The notes under the pieces were generated by a model, which was not told the DNA's origin, ran no database searches, and saw only the letters and a program-made list of their open reading frames with translations. A DNA stretch of 64,000 bases. Origin: a virus. The DNA lies in the IMG/VR virus record IMGVR_UViG_3300037755_000850, positions 1 through 64,000 of that record; one strand, written 5' to 3'. Position numbers and translations under genes: made by a program. Shown one piece after another: positions 16,873 to 27,115 of the stretch; position 1 is the first letter of the stretch, and every line of letters begins with the position of its first letter.

Positions 16873-17205
16873 TCAATTGATCACGAGTTTTCCGACTTCG
16901 GCCCATGAAATGACCCCCGCCGCCGCCATTCCGACCCAGAAGAGCATCCGAATGATGATCACGGAGTCTAGGTTTTGGAATAGCGGTTGCCGGTCTTTGC
17001 GCCTGGCCTCCAAGCGCCCCAGGCGCGACAATGTGTTCCTGTGATAGTAATGGGTTTGCCAGCGATGGTGATCGAGGTCGGACTGGATATCGCTGAGCCT
17101 GCCGTTCAGGGACAGATTTAGGGTGGCGAGTTGTTCCGTTAGGCTGAGATTGAGGTCGGCGATGCGCTGGTCGATCTCCCGGAGATCTCTGTTTGTCGTG
17201 TCCAT
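16873..17205 (-). CDS. coiled-coil protein with C-terminal TM
   Basis: heptad-rich N-terminus, hydrophobic C-terminus. Confidence 0.55.
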   Translation of the reverse strand: MDTTNRDLREIDQRIADLNLSLTEQLATLNLSLNGRLSDIQSDLDHHRWQTHYYHRNTLSRLGRLEARRKDRQPLFQNLDSVIIIRMLFWVGMAAAGVISWAEVGKLVIN

Positions 17206-17232
17206 TGCTAAGCCCCGGAAAATCGCCCATGG

Positions 17233-17877
17233 TCAATCACCAAGGCCATGGGCTTTGCGAAATTCATCAATTTGCAGCGCAATTTCTTTCTCACGCTGCA
17301 AATGGGTAAGTGCTTCCTTCCCATTTGGTTCCCGCCCTTGCGCTTCACATGAGCGCACATACTCATACCAGCGGAAGAAATCCCGATACGCATCTTTCAG
17401 AACCAGCCCCAGATCCCGCAAGGAAACCTGCCCGCCCCCCAGCGCGACATGCTCATCATCTGAATTGGTGAGGAAATGACCCAGATCGACCAAGGTGGTC
17501 TTGGTGCGATCGGACATCATCCTGAGAAACATTTCCGCGCGCAATCCCCATTCCCGGCCCAGGCTGTAATGCCGTATCCATTTGAAAGCCTGCACCTCAA
17601 GCTTCTCATAGGTCTCAGGAGCCATGGAATCCGCATATATCTCATAACGCCCCATCGGCTCGCCATCGCCGTCTACGGCGTGTCTGAGCCCTTCTGAGAA
17701 CTCATAGGCTTCATAGAAGCGCCAGAGAAAATCCTGTTCATGTTTGCTGGCGCAGGATTCGATATAGACCATGGGCATGGCGATGCGGGTATGGCCGTTT
17801 TCGCGAATGACGGGACGGTTGCCATGCTCTCCTGGAATGACTTCAGCGCGCATTTCATTCTTATCCATGTTCACCAA
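17233..17877 (-). CDS. hypothetical protein
   Basis: 214-aa ORF in the minus-strand operon. Confidence 0.65.
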   Translation of the reverse strand: MVNMDKNEMRAEVIPGEHGNRPVIRENGHTRIAMPMVYIESCASKHEQDFLWRFYEAYEFSEGLRHAVDGDGEPMGRYEIYADSMAPETYEKLEVQAFKWIRHYSLGREWGLRAEMFLRMMSDRTKTTLVDLGHFLTNSDDEHVALGGGQVSLRDLGLVLKDAYRDFFRWYEYVRSCEAQGREPNGKEALTHLQREKEIALQIDEFRKAHGLGD

Positions 17878-17940
17878 AAACTGTACTCATGCTTATCTCG
17901 TCTGATTCGATGGTAATAATCAAATACTTTTGAATGGATT

Positions 17941-18666
17941 TTAATTTTTACACTTCTTAAATTTCCCAGAGACTTCACGATCGGCAGTTTTATGAATTAA
18001 TCTGTCAGCATGATTTTCAATTTTTGTTGCCCAACGAAGATTTATACAACAATTATTTGATGGGTTTCCGTCTCCGTGGGCAACCTCGTGACCGCTAGAC
18101 GGTGGCGGACCAATAAAAGCCGTGGCGACCATTTGATGAATTGAATATCTTTTAGCTCCCCCAATCCCTTGCAGGGAGACATGGCAATATCCATCTTCGT
18201 CAACCCACTGAGATAGTATCTTTCCTAATCTTCCTGGATGTAAGCTCATTACTCTCCCAATATTTGACACAGCATAGTTTGACACCCCACGAACAGTTCG
18301 CCACTGTTCTCGTTCATTGTTGAAAATACCCAAGTAAACAATACGCATTGGATTGCGTTTTATTTTTCTTTCTGTTATAAGTCTCTTTATTGCAATCTTG
18401 CTTCTACCTAGAAACTTCGCTATATCTGCATTTTGACAACCAACTGCATACATTTTTCTTGCTTGATCTAATTCATGGTCGCTCCACACTGCCCCACGAT
18501 GCAATTTGTCTTGGGGTCTGTGAATTTTATTCGCTTGCCGACAATTAGAGACAGATCCAACTGTCCTGTTCAATGCTGCCGCTATTGCGGATTCAGTTTC
18601 ACCATTCTCATACCGAGAGCGAAGCTCGTGAATCTCTTCTTGTGTCCATCGTTTTTTCAAGCTCAA
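17941..18666 (-). CDS. NUMOD4-HNH homing endonuclease with N-terminal HTH-like repeats
   Basis: EQWRTV.G..NYAVSNIGRV (NUMOD4), IHQMVATAFIGP...VAHGDGNPSNN...NLRWAT..EN; AT-rich relative to flanks. Confidence 0.85.
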   Translation of the reverse strand: MSLKKRWTQEEIHELRSRYENGETESAIAAALNRTVGSVSNCRQANKIHRPQDKLHRGAVWSDHELDQARKMYAVGCQNADIAKFLGRSKIAIKRLITERKIKRNPMRIVYLGIFNNEREQWRTVRGVSNYAVSNIGRVMSLHPGRLGKILSQWVDEDGYCHVSLQGIGGAKRYSIHQMVATAFIGPPPSSGHEVAHGDGNPSNNCCINLRWATKIENHADRLIHKTADREVSGKFKKCKN

Positions 18667-18733
18667 GCCTATAGTCTAAGGATCAGTGACAAGATAACCG
18701 ACCTTATGGTAAATTGCTGTAGCGAATATGCCG

Positions 18734-19033
18734 CTAATTTTCGTATCCACACTGACGGCGATAATCACGATTGTTGATTTTGGCGCGCGATCTTGCGATG
18801 TATCTTATCCATGAATGATCGCCAATATCAGAGTCTATGGATGGACGAATACGGAGCCAGCGTTCGTAGCGCTTGCCGCCGCGCTTCATTCGGTGCCACG
18901 CAAGCTTAGTCAGCTTGCTGTGTGGGGAGTGACGGATCTTGCTCAAACCGGATCGGTCCTCGCGCGTGATCTCGTACTGAAGTTCCTTGAGCAGTCGCTC
19001 GACGCGCTCGGTGCGATAGTTTGGTTCAGTCAT
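18734..19033 (-). CDS. hypothetical protein
   Basis: coupled ORF. Confidence 0.45.
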   Translation of the reverse strand: MTEPNYRTERVERLLKELQYEITREDRSGLSKIRHSPHSKLTKLAWHRMKRGGKRYERWLRIRPSIDSDIGDHSWIRYIARSRAKINNRDYRRQCGYEN

Positions 19034-19565
19034 CCTTCACCCAATCGATTTCCGTGTTCATCTTTAAAATCATCTGCAATACCCGGCCCATATCGTGGAA
19101 GACATTGTTCTTGTTTTTCCCGGATAGATAAAAACCAACTGGGCCGCGCATATGTATGATACCATCATCACCACGCCAGATGACCAATTCCATTCTGATG
19201 TCGGTGAATTGGCGAAGGACGGAGTCATATCCAACTTCAAATTGCGGGTCTTTTTTTCCGGATATGATATCTCTTGCTAGACTCAATCCCCCCTCCAGCG
19301 CATCGCGCGCGGCCTGTATTTTAGCATCATGATCTTCAAATGAAAACAGCCGGGTTCGCATGGCTTCCGGTTCGGTGCTGAGGGGGGATTGCGCGAAGGG
19401 CCGGATCGCGTCTTCGAGCTTCTTGATCCGCTGCTTGAGCGGATTTGAGCCCCAGCATGGATTGTGCCAATAGCCATGATCGTCATGTATCCATGCGCGG
19501 ACGGAATCGGTGTCGTTGGGCCAGTCTTCTTGAGGTTTTCCGCAGCCCGCGCAAAGGTTACTCAT
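19026..19565 (-). CDS. hypothetical protein
   Basis: coupled ORF. Confidence 0.6.
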   Translation of the reverse strand: MSNLCAGCGKPQEDWPNDTDSVRAWIHDDHGYWHNPCWGSNPLKQRIKKLEDAIRPFAQSPLSTEPEAMRTRLFSFEDHDAKIQAARDALEGGLSLARDIISGKKDPQFEVGYDSVLRQFTDIRMELVIWRGDDGIIHMRGPVGFYLSGKNKNNVFHDMGRVLQMILKMNTEIDWVKDD

Positions 19566-19836
19566 CTTTCCTCCATCTTGCCCATGTGTGTTGCTTCGCC
19601 GCCTCCAGCCATCCGAGTTCTTCCGGTCTGGTCATTCCGCATCGGTAAGTTTCAACGGCGATGCCGCCGTTGTCTTCGACCTCATCAATGATGATAATGA
19701 TGGCTCTGGATGGGTTCTTGTACGCATCGTCGTCGATGTCGGCAAGGGCAAGAGAAAGCAGATCGCGAACACTGACATTTGCATTGTCGGCTTCGCGGCG
19801 AAGACGTTCAATATGAAAATCAACTGTGGTGCTCAC
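19558..19836 (-). CDS. hypothetical protein
   Basis: coupled ORF, GGAGG RBS. Confidence 0.6.
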   Translation of the reverse strand: MSTTVDFHIERLRREADNANVSVRDLLSLALADIDDDAYKNPSRAIIIIIDEVEDNGGIAVETYRCGMTRPEELGWLEAAKQHTWARWRKDE

Positions 19837-20279
19837 AGGTTAGATCCTCCCGGTGTTTTAGGACGCCTGCGCAGCACATTGCCATATCCGATGCCAACGA
19901 CACTGCCCTTATCGATGGCGTCACAGCGGGATTTGCAATGGGTGATATAATCGATGTCGGCATAGTGATATTGCTGTGAGGCAAGGCCGCGAATGGTGGT
20001 GGAGGATTTTTCCGGGTGGATCTCGCCATCTTGCTTGATCGGGCAGTATCCAACCATCTGCCCGGCGACCGGATCATGTTGACCTGCGACAGGATCAAAC
20101 CACATATCGGTTATGATGATATATCGCGGGAGGCCGCGATGCCAGTGTTCTTTTGGTTTCTGCATCAGTTGATCGCCAACCTTCAAATTCTTGAAGCGTT
20201 TCGGCTGAGGTGGCTTGCGGCGTTGACGCGGAATGGATTCGACCCAGCGCGTGCCCTTGTTGTCGGTGATCCAGGTCAT
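19833..20279 (-). CDS. hypothetical phage protein
   Basis: coupled ORF. Confidence 0.6.
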   Translation of the reverse strand: MTWITDNKGTRWVESIPRQRRKPPQPKRFKNLKVGDQLMQKPKEHWHRGLPRYIIITDMWFDPVAGQHDPVAGQMVGYCPIKQDGEIHPEKSSTTIRGLASQQYHYADIDYITHCKSRCDAIDKGSVVGIGYGNVLRRRPKTPGGSNL

Positions 20280-20683
20280 TTTTTTCCGTCCAAAATCGCG
20301 TTGATTTCCTCTTCTTCAGCCCGTTCATAAGCATCCAGGAGTTCGTAATCCTTTCGAAGCGCAATGCCAAGACCCTGCCAGCCGACATATTCGTCAAAGC
20401 CGGTGAAGTGTCTGGAATAGGCGATGATGACGGTCTCGACATGCTTGGCGGCGGCGCGGTCCAATTCGCGAAAGCGCTCGGCGATCTCGACCAGACGGCG
20501 CAGATCGTCAGTATCCACCATGGTCTGACCGCTATCGGTGTCATGGCTGGCAAGCTTGTCCATGCGATCGATGAAAGCCTGGTCCCTCTCGCTTTTCGGC
20601 AGTTCGTAGGAGATTTTCCCTATTGCCTGGGTGGCGGCTTCGCCGACTGAGACCCAGGGGCGAATGGTGGTGTTGTCACTCAT
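20276..20683 (-). CDS. hypothetical protein
   Basis: coupled ORF, start revised to MSDNTT. Confidence 0.6.
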   Translation of the reverse strand: MSDNTTIRPWVSVGEAATQAIGKISYELPKSERDQAFIDRMDKLASHDTDSGQTMVDTDDLRRLVEIAERFRELDRAAAKHVETVIIAYSRHFTGFDEYVGWQGLGIALRKDYELLDAYERAEEEEINAILDGKK

Positions 20684-20906
20684 GATCTTGCTCCGTATCA
20701 TCGCGTCGGTTTTCAAATTCACCACACCAGTCATCTTCATAGGTCCAAGGCCAATCGGGGTCAGACGTTTTCCAGCTAGCCTCTATCACCACCATCCCCT
20801 TCGGGGCATAGCGGCGACACATACCCCCATCTTTGCCTTTATCTGATTTTGAAAATTCCAGCCACCATTTGCAGTACAAACAGATATTTTTCTGATCTTT
20901 GCTCAT
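20676..20906 (-). CDS. small Cys-rich phage protein
   Basis: CLYCKWW...CRRYAP...WP.T..DDWCGEF motif. Confidence 0.65.
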   Translation of the reverse strand: MSKDQKNICLYCKWWLEFSKSDKGKDGGMCRRYAPKGMVVIEASWKTSDPDWPWTYEDDWCGEFENRRDDTEQDHE

Positions 20907-21160
20907 CGATTTTGTTTCCATTCTCGGCGACGATTTTTTTCTTCTTCGAAAATCTCATCTCCGCATAATTGTCTATGGCTTTTCCATGCAAATTCTGAAA
21001 CATCGAATGTATGATAAGACCGCTTTTTCACAGGTCCGCTTGGTGTTATCTGCGATTTTGCCAGAAAAAACGGATCTTTCTCATCATCCTTGATGGAGCA
21101 CTTGATTGTCTTCCCGCTGGGATGCTCTTCAATAACAAATACGTCTACAATCTTTGTCAT
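20903..21160 (-). CDS. hypothetical protein
   Basis: coupled ORF. Confidence 0.6.
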   Translation of the reverse strand: MTKIVDVFVIEEHPSGKTIKCSIKDDEKDPFFLAKSQITPSGPVKKRSYHTFDVSEFAWKSHRQLCGDEIFEEEKNRRREWKQNR

Positions 21161-21945
21161 GACAGTATAACTCGTTTCTTGGCGCTCTCTATGGTTTTTG
21201 CAGCTTCGGCCTCTGGCAACCCGGCAGCATTGGCGGCGGTCAGAAGTTCTGCGCGCGTTGACGAATTCAGTAATCCAGCTTCCGCTGCACGGCAGGCCGC
21301 CCAGTAAAGAATTTTATTACGATTTCCTTCGCTGACGCCAGAGACAAATTTTGCCAGAGGTGCGATATCCTTGGGCGCATCCTTGCTGTCATAGGACGTT
21401 TTCGGCAAAGGCTTTGGCTTCAAGGCATGAACGGCCCAGACCGGCAACCGTGGGAACCGATCGCCAAGCGGTGAGTTGATCCATTCATAGCGCTTGCCGC
21501 CATGGAGTTGCGATGGCGGTGCAACGACATAGCCACCGGTTGTCTTGACATCAATTCCTGGCGCGAGAACGGATTTTGAATTTTTCAAGGAAGGCTCGAA
21601 CGCATAGTAGAGATGCGCACCGCCGTTTGCCGTCTTGACCGCTACGGTTGGCGGAAATGTCTGCTTTTTCAATGCCAGTTTTCTGATCGATTCATCAGAA
21701 CCATTGCGAGGATCAAGATCGATGACGATCACCCCTGATGGCAATCCACAAGCGATGCCGATATTGGCTTTGGGAAAACGTCTGGCCCAGGCTTCGATAA
21801 CGTATTCGTCATCGGTCGCATCGAGACATCCCTTCCCGCCTTCGCGGGCGGGGATGGCCGGAATTTTTTCGCCAGAGGCAAGGGGGAAAACCTTGAACCC
21901 GAACTGCGTCAATTCCAATGCGGCTTCCAGAAACATGATGATCAA
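21157..21945 (-). CDS. bifunctional DNA primase/polymerase (Prim-Pol)
   Basis: VFPL...K.P, ANIGIACG, VIDLD, T..GGAHLYY, GIDVK..GGYVVAPPS. Confidence 0.9.
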   Translation of the reverse strand: MIIMFLEAALELTQFGFKVFPLASGEKIPAIPAREGGKGCLDATDDEYVIEAWARRFPKANIGIACGLPSGVIVIDLDPRNGSDESIRKLALKKQTFPPTVAVKTANGGAHLYYAFEPSLKNSKSVLAPGIDVKTTGGYVVAPPSQLHGGKRYEWINSPLGDRFPRLPVWAVHALKPKPLPKTSYDSKDAPKDIAPLAKFVSGVSEGNRNKILYWAACRAAEAGLLNSSTRAELLTAANAAGLPEAEAAKTIESAKKRVILS

Positions 21946-23039
21946 TCCTTCCAGATATCCTGTGCTTCCTGCGTCGCATACCCATCATATTCCAAGCTGA
22001 AACGATCTGTGTCCAAACGTGCGGCAATCGTTCCCTTGCGACCCATCTTTCGTTCAATCTTGGATTTATCCAAACGGATAATCGCATGACCGGATTGACG
22101 ATCGTAAGCTTTGGTTCTGGCAATGCAAATACCGCGATCTGCCTTGTTGCCAAAATTGCTGCTGCCAAAGGCATGACCGATGCGGAAGGGCTCGACGCCG
22201 CCATCGCCCTTCAGGAACTTGCCGGGAATATGGGTGGCAATAATCAGGATGATCTGTTCTTCATCGACCAGATCCCGCATGGAGCGCATGATGTCCTTGA
22301 CGTAATCGGTCTCGGTCTGACGCGGATCGCGTTGGTGATCCATTTCATTCCATGGGTCAAGGAAGAAAAATCGCGTTCCATAACGTCGCTTGTGATATCG
22401 AACAAGATCCATATACCAGCTCACAAGCCGATCCTCCGAAGCGCGGCGGCGGACAAAATGGATTTTATCCATCATGTCTCTGGCATTGTTCGCTGTAGCG
22501 AAGGCAGAGATATTGCGTTTTACCTCAGAGCCCAGATCTTCCCATGAGCACAGCATTGCGCCAGTGCCAAGCTCTCTGCCCGCCTCTGGGGCATTGACAA
22601 AGTTGGCGGCCAGGATCTGACCTATTGTGGATTTGCCACAGCCATAGGGGCCGCACATAATCACAAGCTCTGGAAGCCGCCATCGCCAGCCGAGATTTTT
22701 TTCAAGGAAACCGATCCCGGTCGGATAGGTGATGAAATCCTCTTCGAAGATTTGCGATACCGGGATGACATCATCCCAGAAAATATGTTTAGGATTACCA
22801 ATGCGGGCATAGATATCATCGTTTTTTTTAAGATCGACATAGCTCAATCTTGCCGCATCAACACCGCGCTCCATGAGCCCGAGCGCCGCATCTTTTGGCG
22901 CACCGGCCTGACCAATCACGATTATTTCTTCCGCCGAAGGCACGACCTGTCCGGCATCCTGGATCAGGAAGGCGTCTTCGCCAACATCTTGCAAAGTTGC
23001 AATATCGCGCTCGTCCAGCACCAGCCATGTTCGTTTCAC
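21942..23039 (-). CDS. SF4 (DnaB/T7 gp4-like) replicative helicase
   Basis: Walker A GPYGCGKST, FFLDPWNE, IATHI, GSSNFGNKAD. Confidence 0.8.
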   Translation of the reverse strand: MKRTWLVLDERDIATLQDVGEDAFLIQDAGQVVPSAEEIIVIGQAGAPKDAALGLMERGVDAARLSYVDLKKNDDIYARIGNPKHIFWDDVIPVSQIFEEDFITYPTGIGFLEKNLGWRWRLPELVIMCGPYGCGKSTIGQILAANFVNAPEAGRELGTGAMLCSWEDLGSEVKRNISAFATANNARDMMDKIHFVRRRASEDRLVSWYMDLVRYHKRRYGTRFFFLDPWNEMDHQRDPRQTETDYVKDIMRSMRDLVDEEQIILIIATHIPGKFLKGDGGVEPFRIGHAFGSSNFGNKADRGICIARTKAYDRQSGHAIIRLDKSKIERKMGRKGTIAARLDTDRFSLEYDGYATQEAQDIWKD

Positions 23040-23926
23040 AGCAGCTTCCCTGTGTAATTACCGCTCAGGCTGTAACTGCTCTGCGTTCCGGATCGACCTT
23101 GAGTTTTTGGCCTTTCGTTTTTCCGCCGCTGGCAAATCGAGACCAACAGCGGAATCGGCTTGGCGACCACATCGCCATGCAGGATTTTGGCCTCAAGCTC
23201 AGCAAAGCTGTCGCGGACAACGACCCCGCCATACATGCTGATTGAGCTTTCGAGCCAGCCTTTGGCGGTGCGGTAATCTGGCATCAGCGGATTGATCCAC
23301 TCACCAAGCGTCTTGACGATGTGAGCCGTGGCTCCATTCAGACCCTGAATTTCCCCCTTGCCACCGCCCACCCCAGCCTCGCGCGCAGTTTCTATGCTGG
23401 GTTGGTTATTATATATATTAATATTTTCTTTTAGGGGGGTGTGGGGGGATTTTTCTTTAAAGCCGGTATCACCCTGACCCTTACTTTTTGAAAAGCCGGT
23501 ATCACACAGACCATTGCTTTGTGATACCGGGCGCTGTGAGACGGTCTCTTTGTGACCCTTAGTTTTCACAGAGTGGGTATCAGTGTGATCCTTACTTTTG
23601 TGCGGCATCTTCGCAATCGCGGCCTCGATTTCCTCAACCGTCACAGCCTCGCGAGGGGCATATTGCGTCGTTGACCCACGCCGGGGCGTCACTGTGAACC
23701 CAGCTTTCAGAACCCCGTAAGCTCGCTTGAATGTCGCCTCAGAGCACGAAGCATGATGCAGGACATCAGCGCGGCGCGGGCTCGCTGTGCCGCCAGCTTT
23801 CTGCGCCTGCCGGGCAAGAACCAGTTGGATCAGCTTGTGCTGGGCGGATGCCGAGGACGACACGATCGCATCGAAGAATGCGAAAAAGTCGAATGGCGGG
23901 TTATTATGTCCGATGCTGGCTGGCAT
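23036..23926 (-). CDS. replication initiator-like protein
   Basis: start revised to MPASIGHNNPP (AGGGAG RBS); N-terminal HTH-like region, internal iterons, KEKSPHTPLKE motif, upstream of the helicase. Confidence 0.7.
   Translation of the reverse strand: MPASIGHNNPPFDFFAFFDAIVSSSASAQHKLIQLVLARQAQKAGGTASPRRADVLHHASCSEATFKRAYGVLKAGFTVTPRRGSTTQYAPREAVTVEEIEAAIAKMPHKSKDHTDTHSVKTKGHKETVSQRPVSQSNGLCDTGFSKSKGQGDTGFKEKSPHTPLKENINIYNNQPSIETAREAGVGGGKGEIQGLNGATAHIVKTLGEWINPLMPDYRTAKGWLESSISMYGGVVVRDSFAELEAKILHGDVVAKPIPLLVSICQRRKNERPKTQGRSGTQSSYSLSGNYTGKLL
23406..23599. promoter_or_regulatory. putative replication origin (iterons plus AT-rich tract)
   Basis: four imperfect repeats like CCGGTATCACNCTGACCCTTACTTTT (23459-23599), one inverted half-copy, AT-rich 23406-23432. 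Confidence 0.7.
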
Positions 23927-24486
23927 GGCACATTCTCCCTTAAACAAAACGGCGGATTTTATTTTGGATAACTTTGGCGAACGGCAATACAGCGATACGT
24001 GAAACGCGCCGTGAAACATCCAATTGTGGAAAAGACCGCAAAATATACGGTTTTTGCACTTGCAATGCGGGATGGGAGGGTGTAAATATCGTCAATGACA
24101 TAGGGGCGTTCCTTTGTGTGAACGTAGCGGTGACATAGAGTTTATCCCCTTTGTTCGCATCAATGGCGTTGATGCGGGATTTTATGGAAGAAGCCTTCAC
24201 CTCTCGGTTGATTGCTTCTTGGCTCAATTACTCAGATCGGCTGGCGGGCTATTCCTGAGTAAAACGCATACAGATCAGATAACCTTTTATGGGCGGCTCT
24301 CATTATCTTGATGGGCCGCCCAAAACATTTACGCTTGACGCTACGGATGATGGACGCCATCATGCATCAGCGGTCCTTCCCTCGTCAATGCAAGAAATCG
24401 CCATCTGATGGACAAAATTGGAATTGCGTTGAGATTCAACGGCTTGAGATATGGAGTGAAATTTTCTACGTGGATAAGCTGTGGAT

Positions 24487-25005
24487 TTAATCAAATGACG
24501 CAAGAATAGATTTTGATAGTCTGTCTCTCGACTCTACCATATCTTGTTTTACATGCATCTGATTGATTCTCTGGGTGATGATCTCGTTCAGAGCAACTCC
24601 GAAATACACCGTTGACTGCCCGCGCGTGATTCGATACCCGCCGCGCCATTCCAGCACCGTGTTGAAGGCATCCAGAATCATCGGAACCTGACTTGACTGT
24701 CTCTGATAGAGATGCGACCAGGCTTCCAGAGCCAACGACAGATGCGCACCCTTGGTCTGGTGGCTGTCGGCGGGGCCGCATTCGAGACAATCGGCGAAGA
24801 ATTTTTCCGCGCGCTGAAGATTGACATACCAGGAGGTGCGATCATCGGTCGGGTGGGTGCGACGCCGGGCCTGACGAATGGTCTTCAGCGCCGTTTCGAC
24901 ATCGGCAATGTCAAACTGGTTTTGGTCCTGGATCAGATCCAGATCGCAAGGCAGCATTGCTGGAAGCGGCAGGCGCTTCAGGGCGGTGACGTTTCTGGAA
25001 ACCAT
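24487..25005 (-). CDS. hypothetical protein
   Basis: coupled to the HD gene (TAATG). Confidence 0.55.
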   Translation of the reverse strand: MVSRNVTALKRLPLPAMLPCDLDLIQDQNQFDIADVETALKTIRQARRRTHPTDDRTSWYVNLQRAEKFFADCLECGPADSHQTKGAHLSLALEAWSHLYQRQSSQVPMILDAFNTVLEWRGGYRITRGQSTVYFGVALNEIITQRINQMHVKQDMVESRDRLSKSILASFD

Positions 25006-25613
25006 TACGCGGACTCCACAGCCATTCTTTTTTCAAATTCGAGCGTCGATCTCAGCTCTTCATAGGCTTTGAGAAAAGCATGCCGGGCTTCATGTTCTTC
25101 CCAGCATGCATAAAATCCATCATAATATTTTGGTGGATCTAAGGCATCAACTTCGGGCCATGGATAAGGGCCGGGCATGAACAGGCGGCGTTCGACGGCG
25201 AGCGCGATCATGTCGGCTTTCTTCACCAGATCATAATCTTCGATCGAGATCTGTTCGACGCCGAGCAAGAGTTCGATCTGGGCCTGATAACCTGCCGAGA
25301 TCTTGGAAATATCGCAGGCATGGACATTGGCGAGAAAGGCTTTGACCGGGCGCGGGATATCGCCGAAAATGATCTTGTGGGCGTCATGGAGAAGCGCTGT
25401 CAATTGCTGGCGCTCATTGCCGCCCATGTCGCGAACAATATCAGCGACCGCGCAAGAATGTTCGGCCACCGAGATCGAGCCCTGCGAGCAAGCCCCGACG
25501 AACCGGGGGATGCGCGCCAGCGGCGCGGCTAGGTCATGGATCGACAGGGATGGGGTTTCCTGGTCGAGAAAAAACCGGTTACCGGTGTAGGTTTGAATCC
25601 AATAATGGGACAT
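25005..25613 (-). CDS. HD-domain hydrolase (YfbR/5'-deoxynucleotidase-like)
   Basis: WIQTYTG, RF.G, SVAEHS, ALLHDA...GDIPRPVK, VKKAD..AL..ERR. Confidence 0.85.
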   Translation of the reverse strand: MSHYWIQTYTGNRFFLDQETPSLSIHDLAAPLARIPRFVGACSQGSISVAEHSCAVADIVRDMGGNERQQLTALLHDAHKIIFGDIPRPVKAFLANVHACDISKISAGYQAQIELLLGVEQISIEDYDLVKKADMIALAVERRLFMPGPYPWPEVDALDPPKYYDGFYACWEEHEARHAFLKAYEELRSTLEFEKRMAVESA

Positions 25614-25621
25614 GGTAACTT

Positions 25622-26404
25622 TCAGATCTCAAAGGATGTTTGCACACTCTTTGGTGGCGGTGGAACGAAAAGATCACCCTGTGCATGGGCGTCTTCAATG
25701 CGTTTGACGGCGATGTCAAAATACTTCTTATCGCGTTCGATGCCGATGAATTTCCGGCCCAGCTTGAGGCAGGCAACGCCCGTGCTGGCAATCCCCATGA
25801 AAGGATCAAGAATTGTGTCACTTGGATCGGTAAACAGGCGAATGATTTCCCCCATCAGGGCCAGTGGCTTTTCGGTCGGGTGCAGCCCAGTGCGGTCTGG
25901 GGGCTGGCATGGGTGGGTAAAGACATTGCGTCTACCGCCACCATTCCAGCGACTATAGCCGGTTCCTGCCCAGGCGGTGACGAACATTTCTGCTCCCATT
26001 GCCGGACCTTGGCCGTTGAATTGTGGGGCGCTATCGGGTTTTATCCAGATGCAGGCGCGCTTGTAGCGTCCGCCATGCACTTCGATCATATCACGCCACA
26101 GGGCGACCCCTTCTGGAGTGCAGAAAAACATCACCCAGCCATGGGATAGCCGGATGCATTCGCGCGTCGCAACCGATCGAATATCATCGATACTGGCGAA
26201 ATCGATCGCTGGCGGGTTGGCGTGGCCATCCGTGCGGATGCGGCGCTGGGCACCTTTGACTTTTCGCCCGCGCTTTGCCGCATGCATATGCTCTTCATAG
26301 GGGGGATCGGCAATGACGTGATCGACGGGATCAAGAGCGGGGAAAATCTCCTGACAATCCCCATGAAACAGACGGCAATTGCCGATGGTTATTTCAGCCA
26401 TCAT
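25622..26404 (-). CDS. DNA methyltransferase (N4-C/N6-A, beta class)
   Basis: DPPY, HPTEKP, ILDPFMG..STG. Confidence 0.9.
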   Translation of the reverse strand: MMAEITIGNCRLFHGDCQEIFPALDPVDHVIADPPYEEHMHAAKRGRKVKGAQRRIRTDGHANPPAIDFASIDDIRSVATRECIRLSHGWVMFFCTPEGVALWRDMIEVHGGRYKRACIWIKPDSAPQFNGQGPAMGAEMFVTAWAGTGYSRWNGGGRRNVFTHPCQPPDRTGLHPTEKPLALMGEIIRLFTDPSDTILDPFMGIASTGVACLKLGRKFIGIERDKKYFDIAVKRIEDAHAQGDLFVPPPPKSVQTSFEI

Positions 26405-26561
26405 CTTGGGCCTTTTTTAACCCGGATTTTTTTTGACTTCTTGATGGCGATCTGTTTATTAAGGGGAAGTTTCGCGATCATGCCCTTGGCGTCTGACTCC
26501 AGCCTGCCGTCCTTGATCAGAACATCCTTGATTTTGATGCCGATGATGCGGTGCGCCATTT

Positions 26562-26843
26562 TTATTCAGCCGGGACGCATTCGACATTGAAGCGGACGCC
26601 AGCCGCTCTGGCTGTCGCCATATTGGCTTCGTATTCCTCCATATAACGGATAATCCTGTCGGCTTTATCCATCGAGATGCCGTGTTTGGCACTCTCGATC
26701 CGCCACAAGAGCTTGTCATCCCCTGCGGAATTCAATCCGAAGGGCGTCGGTTTCATTCCGGTGCGGTCCAGAAAATCACGGATCATCCGGGCCAGATGCT
26801 GGCGCGATGGTCCTGGGTACGGTCTGTTTACATCTGTCTTCAT
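26562..26843 (-). CDS. Cro-like HTH regulator
   Basis: FL.RTGM.PT.FG..S.GD..L..R pattern; first gene of the leftward operon at a divergent region. Confidence 0.65.
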   Translation of the reverse strand: MKTDVNRPYPGPSRQHLARMIRDFLDRTGMKPTPFGLNSAGDDKLLWRIESAKHGISMDKADRIIRYMEEYEANMATARAAGVRFNVECVPAE

Positions 26844-27115
26844 GGTTGTAAATATAGAACATTACCCGTTGGAAATCAAGAGCCCAACACTATCATGAAA
26901 AATATCCGCATTCGCTCTTGCGCTCACGGAAAATAAGCCGTATCTATACGTCACGGCCAGACGGCAAACGCGAGTTTATTCCTCCCAGCTCTGCGACCTC
27001 TGGCCTGCCCTGAGAGCCCCCTTTTCAGGGCCACTCAAGACAGGCGAGCGGTTCAGCTGTTCCCTCGCTGGATAGCTTGCCTGTCTCTTTATTGCTGTGT
27101 CAAGAGGGTCGTTTC

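Noticed and set aside
21157-25613. Z-genome (2-aminoadenine) pathway suggested by Prim-Pol plus HD hydrolase
   Set aside because: No PurZ or MazZ visible in the window; both genes are common in ordinary phages.
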